From Bacteroidales bacterium (lineage in GTDB: Bacteria > Bacteroidota > Bacteroidia > Bacteroidales > JAIORY01): 37,549 nt of DNA. Location: contig JAIORY010000231.1 in the NCBI GenBank assembly GCA_021107915.1, positions 1 through 37,549 on the forward strand, read 5' to 3'. Below are positions 23,001-32,321 of the stretch, piece by piece; positions within the stretch are counted from its first letter, which is position 1; each line of letters begins with the position of its first letter. The notes under the pieces are model-generated. The model was not told the DNA's origin, searched no databases, and saw only the letters and a list, made by a program, of their open reading frames with translations. Both the position numbers and the translations under genes were made by a program.

Positions 23001-23421
23001 CCATATTTTTGGTAAGATCATCCCATTTATCCTTATATTTCATTACCTCTTTGCGGCAAGCTTTGTTATAATCTTCAACCGAAATATTTTTTCCAATATC
23101 TTCTTTGGTGATACCGAGAGTTTTTTCAGTTGCGATTTCAATTGGCAAACCGTGAGTATCCCAGCCGGCTTTACGTTTTACCTGAAATCCTTTCAGGGTT
23201 TTATATCTGCAAAATAAATCTTTTATTGTTCGGGAAATCACATGGTGAATGCCGGGCAAACCGTTTGCTGACGGAGGACCTTCATAAAAAACATAAGACT
23301 TATGACCTTCGCGAATAGCCATACTTTTTTCAAATATTTTATGATCTTCCCAATATTTTTCAATATCTTCTCCTATCCCTGCTAAGTTTAGCTTTTTGTA
23401 TTCCCGGTATTTTGCTTTCAT
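20053..23421 (-). CDS. ileS: Isoleucyl-tRNA synthetase (type 2)
   Basis: EGPPSANG.PGIHH, GWDTHGLP, WTTTPWTL, DQTRGWF, KMSKR. Confidence 0.99.
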   Translation of the reverse strand: MKAKYREYKKLNLAGIGEDIEKYWEDHKIFEKSMAIREGHKSYVFYEGPPSANGLPGIHHVISRTIKDLFCRYKTLKGFQVKRKAGWDTHGLPIEIATEKTLGITKEDIGKNISVEDYNKACRKEVMKYKDKWDDLTKNMGYWVDLDNPYITFDNKYIESVWYLLNKLNDKGLLYKGHTIQPYSPAAGTGLSSHELNLPGCYRDVKDSTLVAQFKVVKNEKSDFLFDDDNENVSFLAWTTTPWTLASNTALGVGKKINYIKVKTFNPYTSKPISVILGKELLGKYFPEKNAELKMDDFEAGQKNIPFEVAGEYVGKDLEGIRYEQLLPYAQPKDGDAFKVLIGDFVTTEEGTGIVHLAPSFGADDQRVAKQNGIGSLTLVNKQGKCTEEMGEFAGRYVKNEFDPNNDPKKKETLDIDIIVKLKQENKAFKTEKYIHSYPHCWRTDKPILYYPLDSWFIKTIAFKDRMIELNKTINWKPTSTGIGRFGNWLENLVDWNLSRSRFWGVGLPIWLTKNRKEQICLGSVTDLKKEIEKSVEKGFMKTNPLENFVPGNNSKENYETFDLHRPYIDEIILVSPSGEKMFRELDLIDVWFDSGAMPYAQMHYPFENKKEFENNFPADLIAEGVDQTRGWFFTMHAIAVMLFDSVSYKTCVSNGLVLDKDGNKMSKRLGNAADPFKIINQYGPDALRWYMMTNAQPWDNLKFDPAGIGEVQRKFFGTLYNIYAFFTLYANIDGFDYSEDDIPFEKRPELDRWILSELNTLVKNVDDYYDDYEPSKAGRAIQNFVDSYLSNWYVRLSRRRFWKGDYSDDKISAYQTLYKCLEVIAQLSSPIAPFFTDNLFIDLNKVTKKHNVKSIHLTDFPKAFYKQIDKDLEERMQLSQKISSMVLSLRKKTKNRVRQPLNKIMIPVLDENFKKQVQAVENLILSEVNVKEIEYISDASGILVKKIKPNFKTLGPKYGKLMKQISQAINTFNQEDISLIETNNKYELSLENEKIEITIDDVEIMTEDIPGWVVTNLDNLTVALDITITKELEEEGIAREIVNRIQNLRKDKGFEVTDKIALQIEKNNSVFDAINNNISYICSETLTDNLEFLDKIKTNEAVKIELNSDIQITININKTDK

Positions 23422-23452
23422 TAAATATGTTATGTATTTTAAAAATTGGGTG

Positions 23453-23460
23453 CAAAAGTA
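23453..23460 (-). promoter_or_regulatory. Bacteroidetes -7 promoter motif for ileS
   Basis: TACTTTTG on the minus strand, about 32 nt upstream of the start. Confidence 0.5.
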
Positions 23461-23582
23461 ATAAAAAATTGATGAAATGCCTGCTTGATTGGGAATTATG
23501 ATAAATTTTATTATTTTTGAAGAAAAAATAGATGAAATTCTTATGCTAAGTATTCAAGACAAAAGAGAATGAATATAAAAAG

Positions 23583-23650
23583 AAATTTGAAATTTGAAAT
23601 TTGGAAAAACTCATTTTGATAACCCAATTTCCAATTTCTAATTTCCAATC
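23583..23650. repeat. Heptamer periodic inverted arms
   Basis: gaaattt x3 ... ccaattt/ctaattt x3. Confidence 0.7.
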
Positions 23651-23696
23651 ACAGGTTTATCAAATAGTTTTTAAATAATTGAAAAAAGAAAAACAG

Positions 23697-23879
23697 ATGA
23701 AAAAGGAAATTCAAGGAAACGCTCCTGCTGGAGCAGTTTATGGTTTAGGCTTTATCGGAGCAGCAATTTTTTTTATTTCTCACGCATGCACTTTTTGGAT
23801 GGGTGTGATTGGATTTTTAAAAGCAATTGTCTGGCCGGCTTTTCTTATCTATGAGGCTTTTAAACATTTGGGGGCGTAA
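23697..23879 (+). CDS. Small two-TM hypothetical membrane protein
   Basis: VYGLGFIGAAIFF...GFLKAIVWPAFL; ATG at 23697. Confidence 0.7.
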   Translation: MKKEIQGNAPAGAVYGLGFIGAAIFFISHACTFWMGVIGFLKAIVWPAFLIYEAFKHLGA

Positions 23880-23900
23880 GAAAAAAAATATTTTGTGAAG

Positions 23901-24077
23901 TTGACACAAATTACACGAATTATCACTAATTTATTTTCGTAAAAAATTATTGTACAACCTTAAATCCGCAAATAAAATAAATAAATAGCCGCGAATGCGC
24001 GAATAATAAAATATAACTTATTTTACTTAACCCAAATTAGTGAAGTAAAATTCGCTTAAATTTGCGATATTAGCGGC
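23901..24077. repeat. Degenerate 9-nt periodic repeat arms
   Basis: ttgacacaaattacacgaattatcactaatt; ccgcgaatgcgcgaat ... attcgcttaaatttgcgatattagcgg. Confidence 0.6.
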
Positions 24078-24130
24078 TAATAAAAAAACACTTGCACTAA
24101 ATTTTGTATTATTGGTAAACTAAGAAAAAT

Positions 24131-24843
24131 ATGGCTCAAAAGAAAGATATACCTGCCGAAGGTTTTTCGCAAATATTGCTTTACACCACACCCAATGGAA
24201 ATGTTAAAGTTGAAATATATTTGAAAAACGAAACGGTTTGGCTTACGCAACAAAAAATTGCCGATTTGTTTGGGGTTGACAGAAGTGTGGCGACCAAACA
24301 TTTAAAGAACATTTATGATGATAGTGAGCTTAGCAAAAAGTCAACATGTGCAATTTTTGCACAAGTTCAATTAGAGGGTATTCGGGAAGTTAAAAGGAAT
24401 ATAGAATTCTACAATTTAGATGCAATAATTTCTGTTGGTTACCGTGTAAACAGTCGGCAAGCTACACACTTTAGAATCTGGGCTACCGAAAGGCTGAAAG
24501 AATATATCATCAAAGGTTTTACCATGGATGATGAGCGGTTGAAAAACCCAAACAATATTTTTGGTAAAGATTATTTTGAAGAACAGCTTGCCCGAATACG
24601 CGATATACGCAGCAGCGAAAGGCGATTTTATCAGAAAATTACAGATATATACTCACAGTGTAGTGTCGACTACGATATAAACGACCAGATTACCAAAGAC
24701 TTTTTTGCTACGGTTCAAAACAAATTGCATTGGCAATTACCGGACAAACAGCAGCAGAAATAGAACTTGAAAAATACCGTATTATCCAAGACCGTATATT
24801 AGAATCGGATTTTGATAAAGAGATAAAAAAACTGCAAGGATGA
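24131..24843 (+). pseudogene. RhuM-family protein, frameshifted and internally deleted
   Basis: WLTQ..IA.LF, YNLDAIISVGYRVNS, RIRDIRSSERRFYQK; 1-nt loss at KLHW|AITGQTAAEI, which then runs directly into the C-terminal EKYRIIQDR..ESDFD. Confidence 0.85.
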
Positions 24844-24917
24844 AATAGGAGTACAATCTTGCCGGCGAGCAGTAAATAATAATAGATAAACCAATAATCA
24901 TTCAAATAGATTACATT

Positions 24918-25435
24918 ATGAATAATGCTAAACTAAAAATATTTCAAGAACAAAGTGTAAGAACACACTGGGACGATAAACAAGAAAAATGGTTTTTTTC
25001 TATTGTTGATGTTATTGGAATTTTAACCGGACAAATTAACCATCAAGGAGCAAGAAACTATTGGAAAGTATTAAAAAAGAGACTTTTGAAAGAAGGAAAT
25101 GAAACGGTTACAAATTGTAACCGTTTGAAAATGCTTGCAGCTGATGGCAAAATGCGAATGACTGATGTAGCAGATACAGAGCAGTTGTTACGGCTAATTC
25201 AATCTGTTCCATCGCCCAAAGCAGAGCCTTTTAAAAGATGGTTGGCAAAGCCTCAACAACAGAAATTGCCCGAAATAAAAATGCTCAGGGGTTTTTCGAA
25301 AACAAAAATGCTGCAAAACAAGGTGGAAGCGTAGCAGGCAAAGCAAGAAAAGACCTTGAGAAACGCAGCGGTAAAAAAGTAATCAGTAAACAAAATTATC
25401 ATCAGTTGGGCGAAGGTAACTATAAAGAAGAATAA
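24918..25435 (+). pseudogene. Bro-N domain protein, internally deleted with frameshift
   Basis: WFFSIVDV, YWKVLK.RL, QSVPSPKAEPFK.WLAK joined out of frame to ASTTEIA...AGKARKDLE C-terminus. Confidence 0.82.
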
Positions 25436-25502
25436 GCTATATTTGTTTTTTTTTGATATTTAACCATAAAATTTAAATTAACTTTGTAAATTAGCCAACT
25501 CA

Positions 25503-25648
25503 ATGTTGGAAATCAAAAACATATACAAATCATTTGGAGAACAAAAAGTTCTTCAGGGTTTAAATATGTCTATTGAGAAGGAAAAACTAATGCAATTTAT
25601 GTTGAGCGTGCAAAAGAAGTATTGAAATTTTATAAACCTGATAAATGA
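25503..25648 (+). pseudogene. Remnant of an ABC ATP-binding gene
   Basis: MLEIKNIYKSFGEQKVLQGLNMSIEK breaks off before Walker A; TAACTTTG promoter motif upstream. Confidence 0.65.
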
Positions 25649-25939
25649 TTTTGATATTGGAGAAATAAAAATAATGTAGTTCATACAACAATGTTAGTGT
25701 TCATTTTGTTCGAGAAAAGAAGCGCAGGTTTAACACATTTGGGGTTTACCGAAATACGCAAAACACGCAAAAAACCAAAAGGGATACCTTTTGCTGGCAC
25801 ACTAAAAATAAAATGCAAAGACTTGAAAACAAAAAAACATTACAAACGAATTATAAAAGCAAATAAATAAAGAAATGGTAGAGATATTTATTTTTAAATT
25901 AAAAATGACTTACTTTGCAAGTAATTAAGAAATTTATGT

Positions 25940-27361
25940 ATGGAAACAAAAATTAAAACAATAAAAAAGGCAACAATATACTTTAACTATTCATTCATGC
26001 CTAGCTCTAATGACTTCACGTTAAAAGATGATGACATTGAAAAGCTTTACAAAGCATTAGAAAATGAAGATAAACTAAAGGATAGAATTAATGACAAATA
26101 TAATTTTGGCAAACCAAAGGAGAGAATAGGCATATCTTCTTTTAATTCATTGGAGCACAAAAATATTGGTTACCTTCAATTACCGGAAATGTTAGTTAAA
26201 ATTGATTCAATTAATTTAACAATTGAACCATTGTTTCGTTTTTTTCCTAATGGAAGTACCTTGACATTCAAAGTTGAAACCCAGGATAGTGAAATTGATC
26301 AATATATAATCCATAAGGTATTACATATGGTAAGCCAGGAAAGAAACGAAAAAGCAGATGTTACTTTTGTTTTTTCCAAAGAGATAGATAAAGCAAGCAA
26401 ACATTTTTACAAAGACTTTTTTAATATTGATACTAAAGAAGAAGAAAAGGAAATAGTAGTCTATCACAAAGAGAAAGAATTAGATATTAATTATACTCCG
26501 GAAATAAAATTATCACATGACTTCTTTACTGAAGAAAACCAAAATATCACCCTATTTCAATTGTTCAAAGGACTTGTAGAAAAATATATTCTAGTGGCAA
26601 GTAAAGAAGAGAAACTAAATGAAAAAGAGAAAAAGGATAAAAAAGATGTATTATTCAAATTGAAATGCAAGGAATACCTTAATACTAATGAGGAGGAGCC
26701 AAGAACTCCATGGGTAATTACTGTTTTAGATGTAGATGATGAATTAAATGAAATCCTTTGTTCCGGGGGTTCTAATAACGAGAGAACTAATGCCATATTA
26801 GAAAAGTCAAAGCTGATAGCTCCAATTCTATATCGTTCAGTTTCGGGTTCAGACTTTGAGCTAGAGCCATCCTATCCTTTTTTACCTAAAAGATTAAATT
26901 TCTTCAATCTTAATCTGGATTCAAGGCTTTATGTCGACATCTCAAGAAGATCAATTCTTTGTATAAAAACCAATGAACAAAAATATCCTGCGTATTATTT
27001 TATCCCGGTATTGTTAGATATTTCTGAAATGACATTCTCAAGATGGCAATCCCTATTAATTATTAATAAAATTATTGATGAGGCATTAAAAAATTTTACT
27101 GAAAAATCGCTTTCTGCTGGAGATCGTGTTAAAAAAATCATGAATCTTTTAAATAAATTTTCAGCATGTATTGAGGATACTTCAAACTATTTTATTGGTG
27201 GAGATGCTCTTCGAGAAATACATGATAAACTTATAGATAACTTTAAAGTGAATGACTTAATGAATATTACTTTAAGAAAAATAGATATGCTTGAAAGAAC
27301 CTATAAATATCAACTTGAACAAGCCTGGACTGAGCCTTATAAAGTAAGAAATAATGAGTGA
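25940..27361 (+). CDS. Hypothetical protein, first gene of the TIR operon
   Basis: 473-aa ORF; 8-bp overlap with the TIR gene; no recognised motif. Confidence 0.75.
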   Translation: METKIKTIKKATIYFNYSFMPSSNDFTLKDDDIEKLYKALENEDKLKDRINDKYNFGKPKERIGISSFNSLEHKNIGYLQLPEMLVKIDSINLTIEPLFRFFPNGSTLTFKVETQDSEIDQYIIHKVLHMVSQERNEKADVTFVFSKEIDKASKHFYKDFFNIDTKEEEKEIVVYHKEKELDINYTPEIKLSHDFFTEENQNITLFQLFKGLVEKYILVASKEEKLNEKEKKDKKDVLFKLKCKEYLNTNEEEPRTPWVITVLDVDDELNEILCSGGSNNERTNAILEKSKLIAPILYRSVSGSDFELEPSYPFLPKRLNFFNLNLDSRLYVDISRRSILCIKTNEQKYPAYYFIPVLLDISEMTFSRWQSLLIINKIIDEALKNFTEKSLSAGDRVKKIMNLLNKFSACIEDTSNYFIGGDALREIHDKLIDNFKVNDLMNITLRKIDMLERTYKYQLEQAWTEPYKVRNNE

Positions 27362-28883
27362 TAGGAAACATTATAGTGAAGAAAGTGATAGGCTGACGAA
27401 AGTATTAGATTCCCGAGCTAGAAAAATTAGAAGATCAGAAAGTTTAATAGTTCTAAGTGAAGAATTTCCTGAGACTAAAAATATTATAGAAAAGATTCTC
27501 GAATACTATTTCTTTGAGTCTAATATGTTTGAAGAATTAGCGACTTCCATTACTTATCTCAAATTAAATAATGAAATCGATAGCCAAAAATTTAAATTTT
27601 GGATACACATAATTGATATTGCAGATGAAATTAGTTGGGAAACAAAACAATCATTTGGTGAATTAATTTATAAGACTTTTGATATAGGAGAAGAGTTTTT
27701 TAATAGACTTAATCGAAATCTTGTCGAAATAGAAAAGGCTCATAATAAGTTTTTTGAAAATATCAAAAAGAACAAGCAGTTATTACCGAAGGATACTAAA
27801 ACATTATTAGATAAATTTCTTGTTAAAAATAACATTTTGGACAATAATGTGAAAGTTGAAAGTGAATCAGTAAAAAATGATAGCATTGAATTGGAAACAA
27901 AAATCAACAATTCGAATAAAAATGTAAATGAAAAAGGCCCTATAAAAGCTTTTATCAGCTATGCCCATGAAGACGAAGATTTTAGAATAAATCTTAGAAA
28001 ACATTTAAAGAGTCTTGAACGCAGAAATCTGATCGAAGTATGGGATGATCGTGAAATTGTTGCTTCAGATGAGTGGAGAGAGGAAATTAAAAAAGCTTTA
28101 AGAAATTGCCAACTTGCTTTGTTATTGATTAGTATTGATTTCATCAATTCCGATTTCATCAATGATCAAGAATTAAATGAATTTTTAAGAAAACGAAAAG
28201 ATGAGGGACTAAAGATTGTTCCGATTATTATTCGTGAGTGTGATTGGAAGGAGGAGATATTTGCTAACCTTCAAGCTACTCCAAAAGACGGAGAATCAAT
28301 TAGTTCATATCAGAATAGAGATTTAGCATGGGTAGAAGTTGTGAATGAAATAAAGAGGGTACTTAAAAATATTTCAGAAACCACATCATCGATTGAAAAT
28401 ACATTAAATGATTCATTTAGTAAAACTAATATAGAGCATAATAAAAGTGTAATTCCTATGGAAACAGAAAAAGCACATACGAAAGCAAATTTGCAGGCAA
28501 TTGAAGTTAGATTATTAGCATCTTTCAATACGATAAAAGTTTTAGATGCAAAATTTAGAAGAAAAGAAATAACACCTGAATTCTATTTTGATAAAAGAAA
28601 AGCATATGTTGAAGATAACTTTTCTGATTTCAATGAAATTATAAAAATATTGAAAGAAACAGGAGCTTCAGATTTTGCAGATGTTTTTGAGAGAACTATT
28701 AATTTAGATACAACTAATAAAGAACAAGAAGTTGCTATAAAGGAGGAATTAATACTTGAAACAGAAAAGGCTGAGGACAAAGGATGGATAAAAAACTTAA
28801 AAGAAAAAGTGAGTCAACATAAAGGTGATATAATTGATGTTGCAATAAAAACAGCTATTGCAATTGGAACAGCATTGCTATAA
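27354..28883 (+). CDS. Multi-domain TIR protein
   Basis: AFISYAHED, VWDD.EI...EW..EI, LIS.DFINSDFI...EL (catalytic Glu position), VPIIIR.CDW. Confidence 0.9.
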   Translation: MSDRKHYSEESDRLTKVLDSRARKIRRSESLIVLSEEFPETKNIIEKILEYYFFESNMFEELATSITYLKLNNEIDSQKFKFWIHIIDIADEISWETKQSFGELIYKTFDIGEEFFNRLNRNLVEIEKAHNKFFENIKKNKQLLPKDTKTLLDKFLVKNNILDNNVKVESESVKNDSIELETKINNSNKNVNEKGPIKAFISYAHEDEDFRINLRKHLKSLERRNLIEVWDDREIVASDEWREEIKKALRNCQLALLLISIDFINSDFINDQELNEFLRKRKDEGLKIVPIIIRECDWKEEIFANLQATPKDGESISSYQNRDLAWVEVVNEIKRVLKNISETTSSIENTLNDSFSKTNIEHNKSVIPMETEKAHTKANLQAIEVRLLASFNTIKVLDAKFRRKEITPEFYFDKRKAYVEDNFSDFNEIIKILKETGASDFADVFERTINLDTTNKEQEVAIKEELILETEKAEDKGWIKNLKEKVSQHKGDIIDVAIKTAIAIGTALL

Positions 28884-28902
28884 ACATTTAAAAATATTTA
28901 TC

Positions 28903-29901
28903 ATGAAAACAAGATTATTAATTTTCGCTATCATACCAGTTCTCTTTGTATTAATTGGTTGTAATAGCAACAAAACGAAAAATACGGAAAAAGAAATTCA
29001 GGTTACTTGGGGTGGTCCTAAAAACATTTCAATGTTACCAATTATAGCAGAAAAAAAGGGATTTTTTAAAGAGGAAGGCTTGAACATTGAAACTAAGTAT
29101 TTACAAACCGGCAAAATTGCAATGGATGCACTTTTAAGTAAAGACCTTGATTTTGCGGTAATGGTAGAAACAAATGTTGCCTTTATAGAATACCAGAAAG
29201 GAGCAGATATAGAAGTTATTTGTTCTATTGAGGAAAAATATGATGATGCTATTGTTGCAAGGAAAGATAAAGGCATTAATGAACCTAAAGACTTGGAAGG
29301 TAAAACCGTTGGGATTTTAATCGGGACAACATCTCATGTTTTTGCTGATAGATTTGTAAATTATTACAATCTTGATGCAAGTAAAATCAACTTTATAAAC
29401 TTAGCTCCTCCAGCCATCCAGGCGGGATTATTAACAGGGCAAATAGATGCAGGAAGTGTTTGGCAACCATTCAGGTATAATGTTGAAAAACAACTTGGTG
29501 AAGATGTTATTCAATTCAATGCTAAGGATATTTACAAGGCGTATGGGATAATATCCATCAGGAATCAATTTGGGGAAGAACATCCTGAAACTGTTAAAAA
29601 ATTCCTGGCAGCCTTAATCAAAGCTGAAAACTATGTAAAAACCAATCAAGCTAAATCAATCAAAATTCTAGCGAAAGAATTAGCTATGCAGGAAGAAGTA
29701 TTAAGCGCAATTTGGAGTGAATACATATTGAATGTTAAGCTAGATGCGGAATTATTGACATTAATTAAAGAAGAGGGCGAGTGGATCCATAGCAGCCAAA
29801 AAGGTTTTGAAAATAAACAAGTTCCTTCATACGAAAATGTGCTGAATCCAACTTTTCTTTCAGAACTTAAAAAAGAGAACGCAGAGGAACTCTCAAAATA
29901 A
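28903..29901 (+). CDS. ABC substrate-binding lipoprotein (SsuA/TauA/NMT1-THI5 class)
   Basis: LIGC lipobox; IAEKKGFFKEEGL, DLEGKTVG...GTTS, G.IDA..VWQP. Confidence 0.9.
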   Translation: MKTRLLIFAIIPVLFVLIGCNSNKTKNTEKEIQVTWGGPKNISMLPIIAEKKGFFKEEGLNIETKYLQTGKIAMDALLSKDLDFAVMVETNVAFIEYQKGADIEVICSIEEKYDDAIVARKDKGINEPKDLEGKTVGILIGTTSHVFADRFVNYYNLDASKINFINLAPPAIQAGLLTGQIDAGSVWQPFRYNVEKQLGEDVIQFNAKDIYKAYGIISIRNQFGEEHPETVKKFLAALIKAENYVKTNQAKSIKILAKELAMQEEVLSAIWSEYILNVKLDAELLTLIKEEGEWIHSSQKGFENKQVPSYENVLNPTFLSELKKENAEELSK

Positions 29902-29913
29902 TTATCAATTTGA

Positions 29914-30660
29914 ATGAAGAAACTCCTTTTTGTAATAGGGCCAATTGCATTATTAATTCTTTGGTGGATATTAACGAAGTTTGGATTCGCCAATTCTTTT
30001 TTACTTCCGTCACCTGAAGATACTTTTTCAAGATTATTTGGATTATTTTCGTCAGGAGAGGTGTTTAATGATATAAGGTTAACTTTTTATCGGTGGTCAA
30101 TTGGATATCTTTTAGGCTGTGTTGTTGGCATTCCTTTAGGTATTTTAATGGGTTATTCTGAAAAAGTATATAAAAGTTGTGAATTTCTGATTGAATTTTT
30201 CAGGTCCCTACCTGTTACAGCCATGTTCCCTCTATTTTTACTAATGTTTGGAATTGGAGACAGCTCAAAAATTGCCATGACTTTTACAGCAACAGTCTTT
30301 ATTATAATAATAAATAGTGCTTATGGAGTAACACAAACAAAAAAGTCTCGAATTAAAGCTGCCAAAACATTCGGAGCTACAAATTTTCAGATTTTCACTA
30401 ATGTTGTGTTTTATGAATCCCTGCCTCATACCTTGATTGGAATGAGAACAACACTAAGCCTTTCATTGATTGTTGTAATTGTAAGCGAAATGTTTATTGG
30501 TACACAGTTTGGACTTGGGCAACGAATTTATGATGCCTACACCAGAAATTCTGTTGATGAGCTTTATGCTGTGATAGTATTATTGGGAATAATCGGCTAT
30601 TTTTCGAATAAGTTATTTATGTACATGGAAACTAAAATTGCATTTTGGACAGGAAAGTAG
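29914..30660 (+). CDS. ABC permease (SsuC/TauC class)
   Basis: LLPSP, GIPLGILMG, PLFLLMFGIG, AAKTFGA EAA-like loop, six TM. Confidence 0.93.
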   Translation: MKKLLFVIGPIALLILWWILTKFGFANSFLLPSPEDTFSRLFGLFSSGEVFNDIRLTFYRWSIGYLLGCVVGIPLGILMGYSEKVYKSCEFLIEFFRSLPVTAMFPLFLLMFGIGDSSKIAMTFTATVFIIIINSAYGVTQTKKSRIKAAKTFGATNFQIFTNVVFYESLPHTLIGMRTTLSLSLIVVIVSEMFIGTQFGLGQRIYDAYTRNSVDELYAVIVLLGIIGYFSNKLFMYMETKIAFWTGK

Positions 30661-31415
30661 TACATATAAAAGTAGATAAAATATCAAAATCATTTAAAAA
30701 TGATGAAGGTAGAATAGAAGTGCTTAAACATGTAAGCCTGGAAATTTATAAGGGTGAATTTTTAACATTCTTTGGTCCGAATGGCTGTGGAAAGTCGACA
30801 TTAGTAAACATTCTTGCAGGAATTGAAGAGGCTGGAGATGGAGAAATAACCTTTCCGGAAACCAACGGGAAACCGAAAATTGGGTTTGTCTTTCAAAACT
30901 ACCGGGATAGTTTAATGCCCTGGCTAAATGTTGAAAAAAATATCTGTTTCCCATTAAAATTAAAGGGAATAACTAAGAGTGAGCAAAAGGAAAGGTTGAA
31001 AACATTAATATCAGAATTTGAAATTAATATTGACCTGAAATCTAAGGTTTATAATTTATCAGGAGGTCAGGCTCAAATGGTTTCAATCTTACGCGGCTTA
31101 ATTGTTAATCCTGAAATATTGATCATGGATGAACCTTTTTCTGCTCTTGACTATCAGACAAATTTAATGTTGTATGAAGAATTATTAAAAATTTGGAGAA
31201 AGCTTAAGATTACAGTCATTTTAATTTCTCATGAAATTGACGAAGCTATATATCTCGGTGACAGAGTTGCTTTTTTAAGTAAAAAACCCGCTTCAATATT
31301 TAAAGTTTTGAATTCTGATTTACCAAGACCAAGGAAATTGGAAGATATGGGATCGCAAGAGTTTGCTGAATTAAAGAAAAAAGCATTAGAAATATTCAGA
31401 AATACAGCGACGTAA
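30645..31415 (+). CDS. ABC ATP-binding protein (SsuB/TauB class)
   Basis: GPNGCGKST, LSGGQ, MDEPFSALD, SHEIDEAIYLGDRV, LPRPR. Confidence 0.95.
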   Translation: MDRKVVHIKVDKISKSFKNDEGRIEVLKHVSLEIYKGEFLTFFGPNGCGKSTLVNILAGIEEAGDGEITFPETNGKPKIGFVFQNYRDSLMPWLNVEKNICFPLKLKGITKSEQKERLKTLISEFEINIDLKSKVYNLSGGQAQMVSILRGLIVNPEILIMDEPFSALDYQTNLMLYEELLKIWRKLKITVILISHEIDEAIYLGDRVAFLSKKPASIFKVLNSDLPRPRKLEDMGSQEFAELKKKALEIFRNTAT

Positions 31416-31424
31416 TTAAATTTA

Positions 31425-32318
31425 TTATTTAGTTAGATTGGTGTATGAAACAATTTCCATTATAAGATTATTAATCCAATCAACACAATTGTCATTATCT
31501 TTTGATGGTATATAGTTAGCAATGCTAATTCCTGCAATTTCAAAATCTTCTAATAACTGGAGAGTGATATCTGATATCTCTTGTTTTAACAATCCATTAG
31601 AATGTGGAGCATAAACCGGAGGATCTTCCGAAGAGTCAATAACATCCAAATCATAGTGAATGAAAATTGATTTTATCCTATTTTGAATTAACTTTTTTGA
31701 TAATTCAGAAATCTTCTGATCTACATTTTCCTTTAAATTATCACCAGAGTATAATATTATCTTTTGTTTGTCTATAAGTTTTTTCTCTCCTTCATCAAGG
31801 TTTCGCTGCCCTAACATTATAACATTGGATGGTTTAATAAATTCCCTCATTTTATTCAATTCCAGAATTTCCGGGTGACCAAATCCAAGTATATGGGCTA
31901 ATCCCATTCCGTAAAAACAACCACTTGGACTGGTTTCAGGTGTATTAATATCAGCATGAGTATCAAACCAAATTATTCCAACATCATGATTATTAGCTAA
32001 TACGCCATATACAGTACCAATTGTTGATGAATCATCGCCCATTAACACCAATGGAATATTACCAGATTTTACTGTAGTTTGTACTTCTTCCTGTATTACT
32101 CTATTTAATTGTAATATCTCAGGTAAATTCTTAGAATTTGCATATTCACCCTGTGAATGCTCTGGTTTTGGTACTGGTATTTCTATTCTAATAACATTAT
32201 TACTAATACCTTCACCCACCTTTTTTAGTACCGATGATAAAACAACCGGTCCTTTTTCCATTCCACAATTAATATCGGGAGCACCGAGACTGCTTGAAAC
32301 TTCAATTATTTGAAACAT
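31425..32318 (-). CDS. Arginase/ureohydrolase family protein with atypical active site
   Basis: GMEKGP, WFDTHADINTPETSPSG, HYDLDVID; GDDS instead of GDHS. Confidence 0.87.
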   Translation of the reverse strand: MFQIIEVSSSLGAPDINCGMEKGPVVLSSVLKKVGEGISNNVIRIEIPVPKPEHSQGEYANSKNLPEILQLNRVIQEEVQTTVKSGNIPLVLMGDDSSTIGTVYGVLANNHDVGIIWFDTHADINTPETSPSGCFYGMGLAHILGFGHPEILELNKMREFIKPSNVIMLGQRNLDEGEKKLIDKQKIILYSGDNLKENVDQKISELSKKLIQNRIKSIFIHYDLDVIDSSEDPPVYAPHSNGLLKQEISDITLQLLEDFEIAGISIANYIPSKDNDNCVDWINNLIMEIVSYTNLTK

Positions 32319-32321
32319 ATC

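Noticed and set aside
24708-25435. Programmed frameshifting in RhuM or Bro-N
   Set aside because: No slippery site at the junctions, and large internal segments are missing, which fits pseudogenisation
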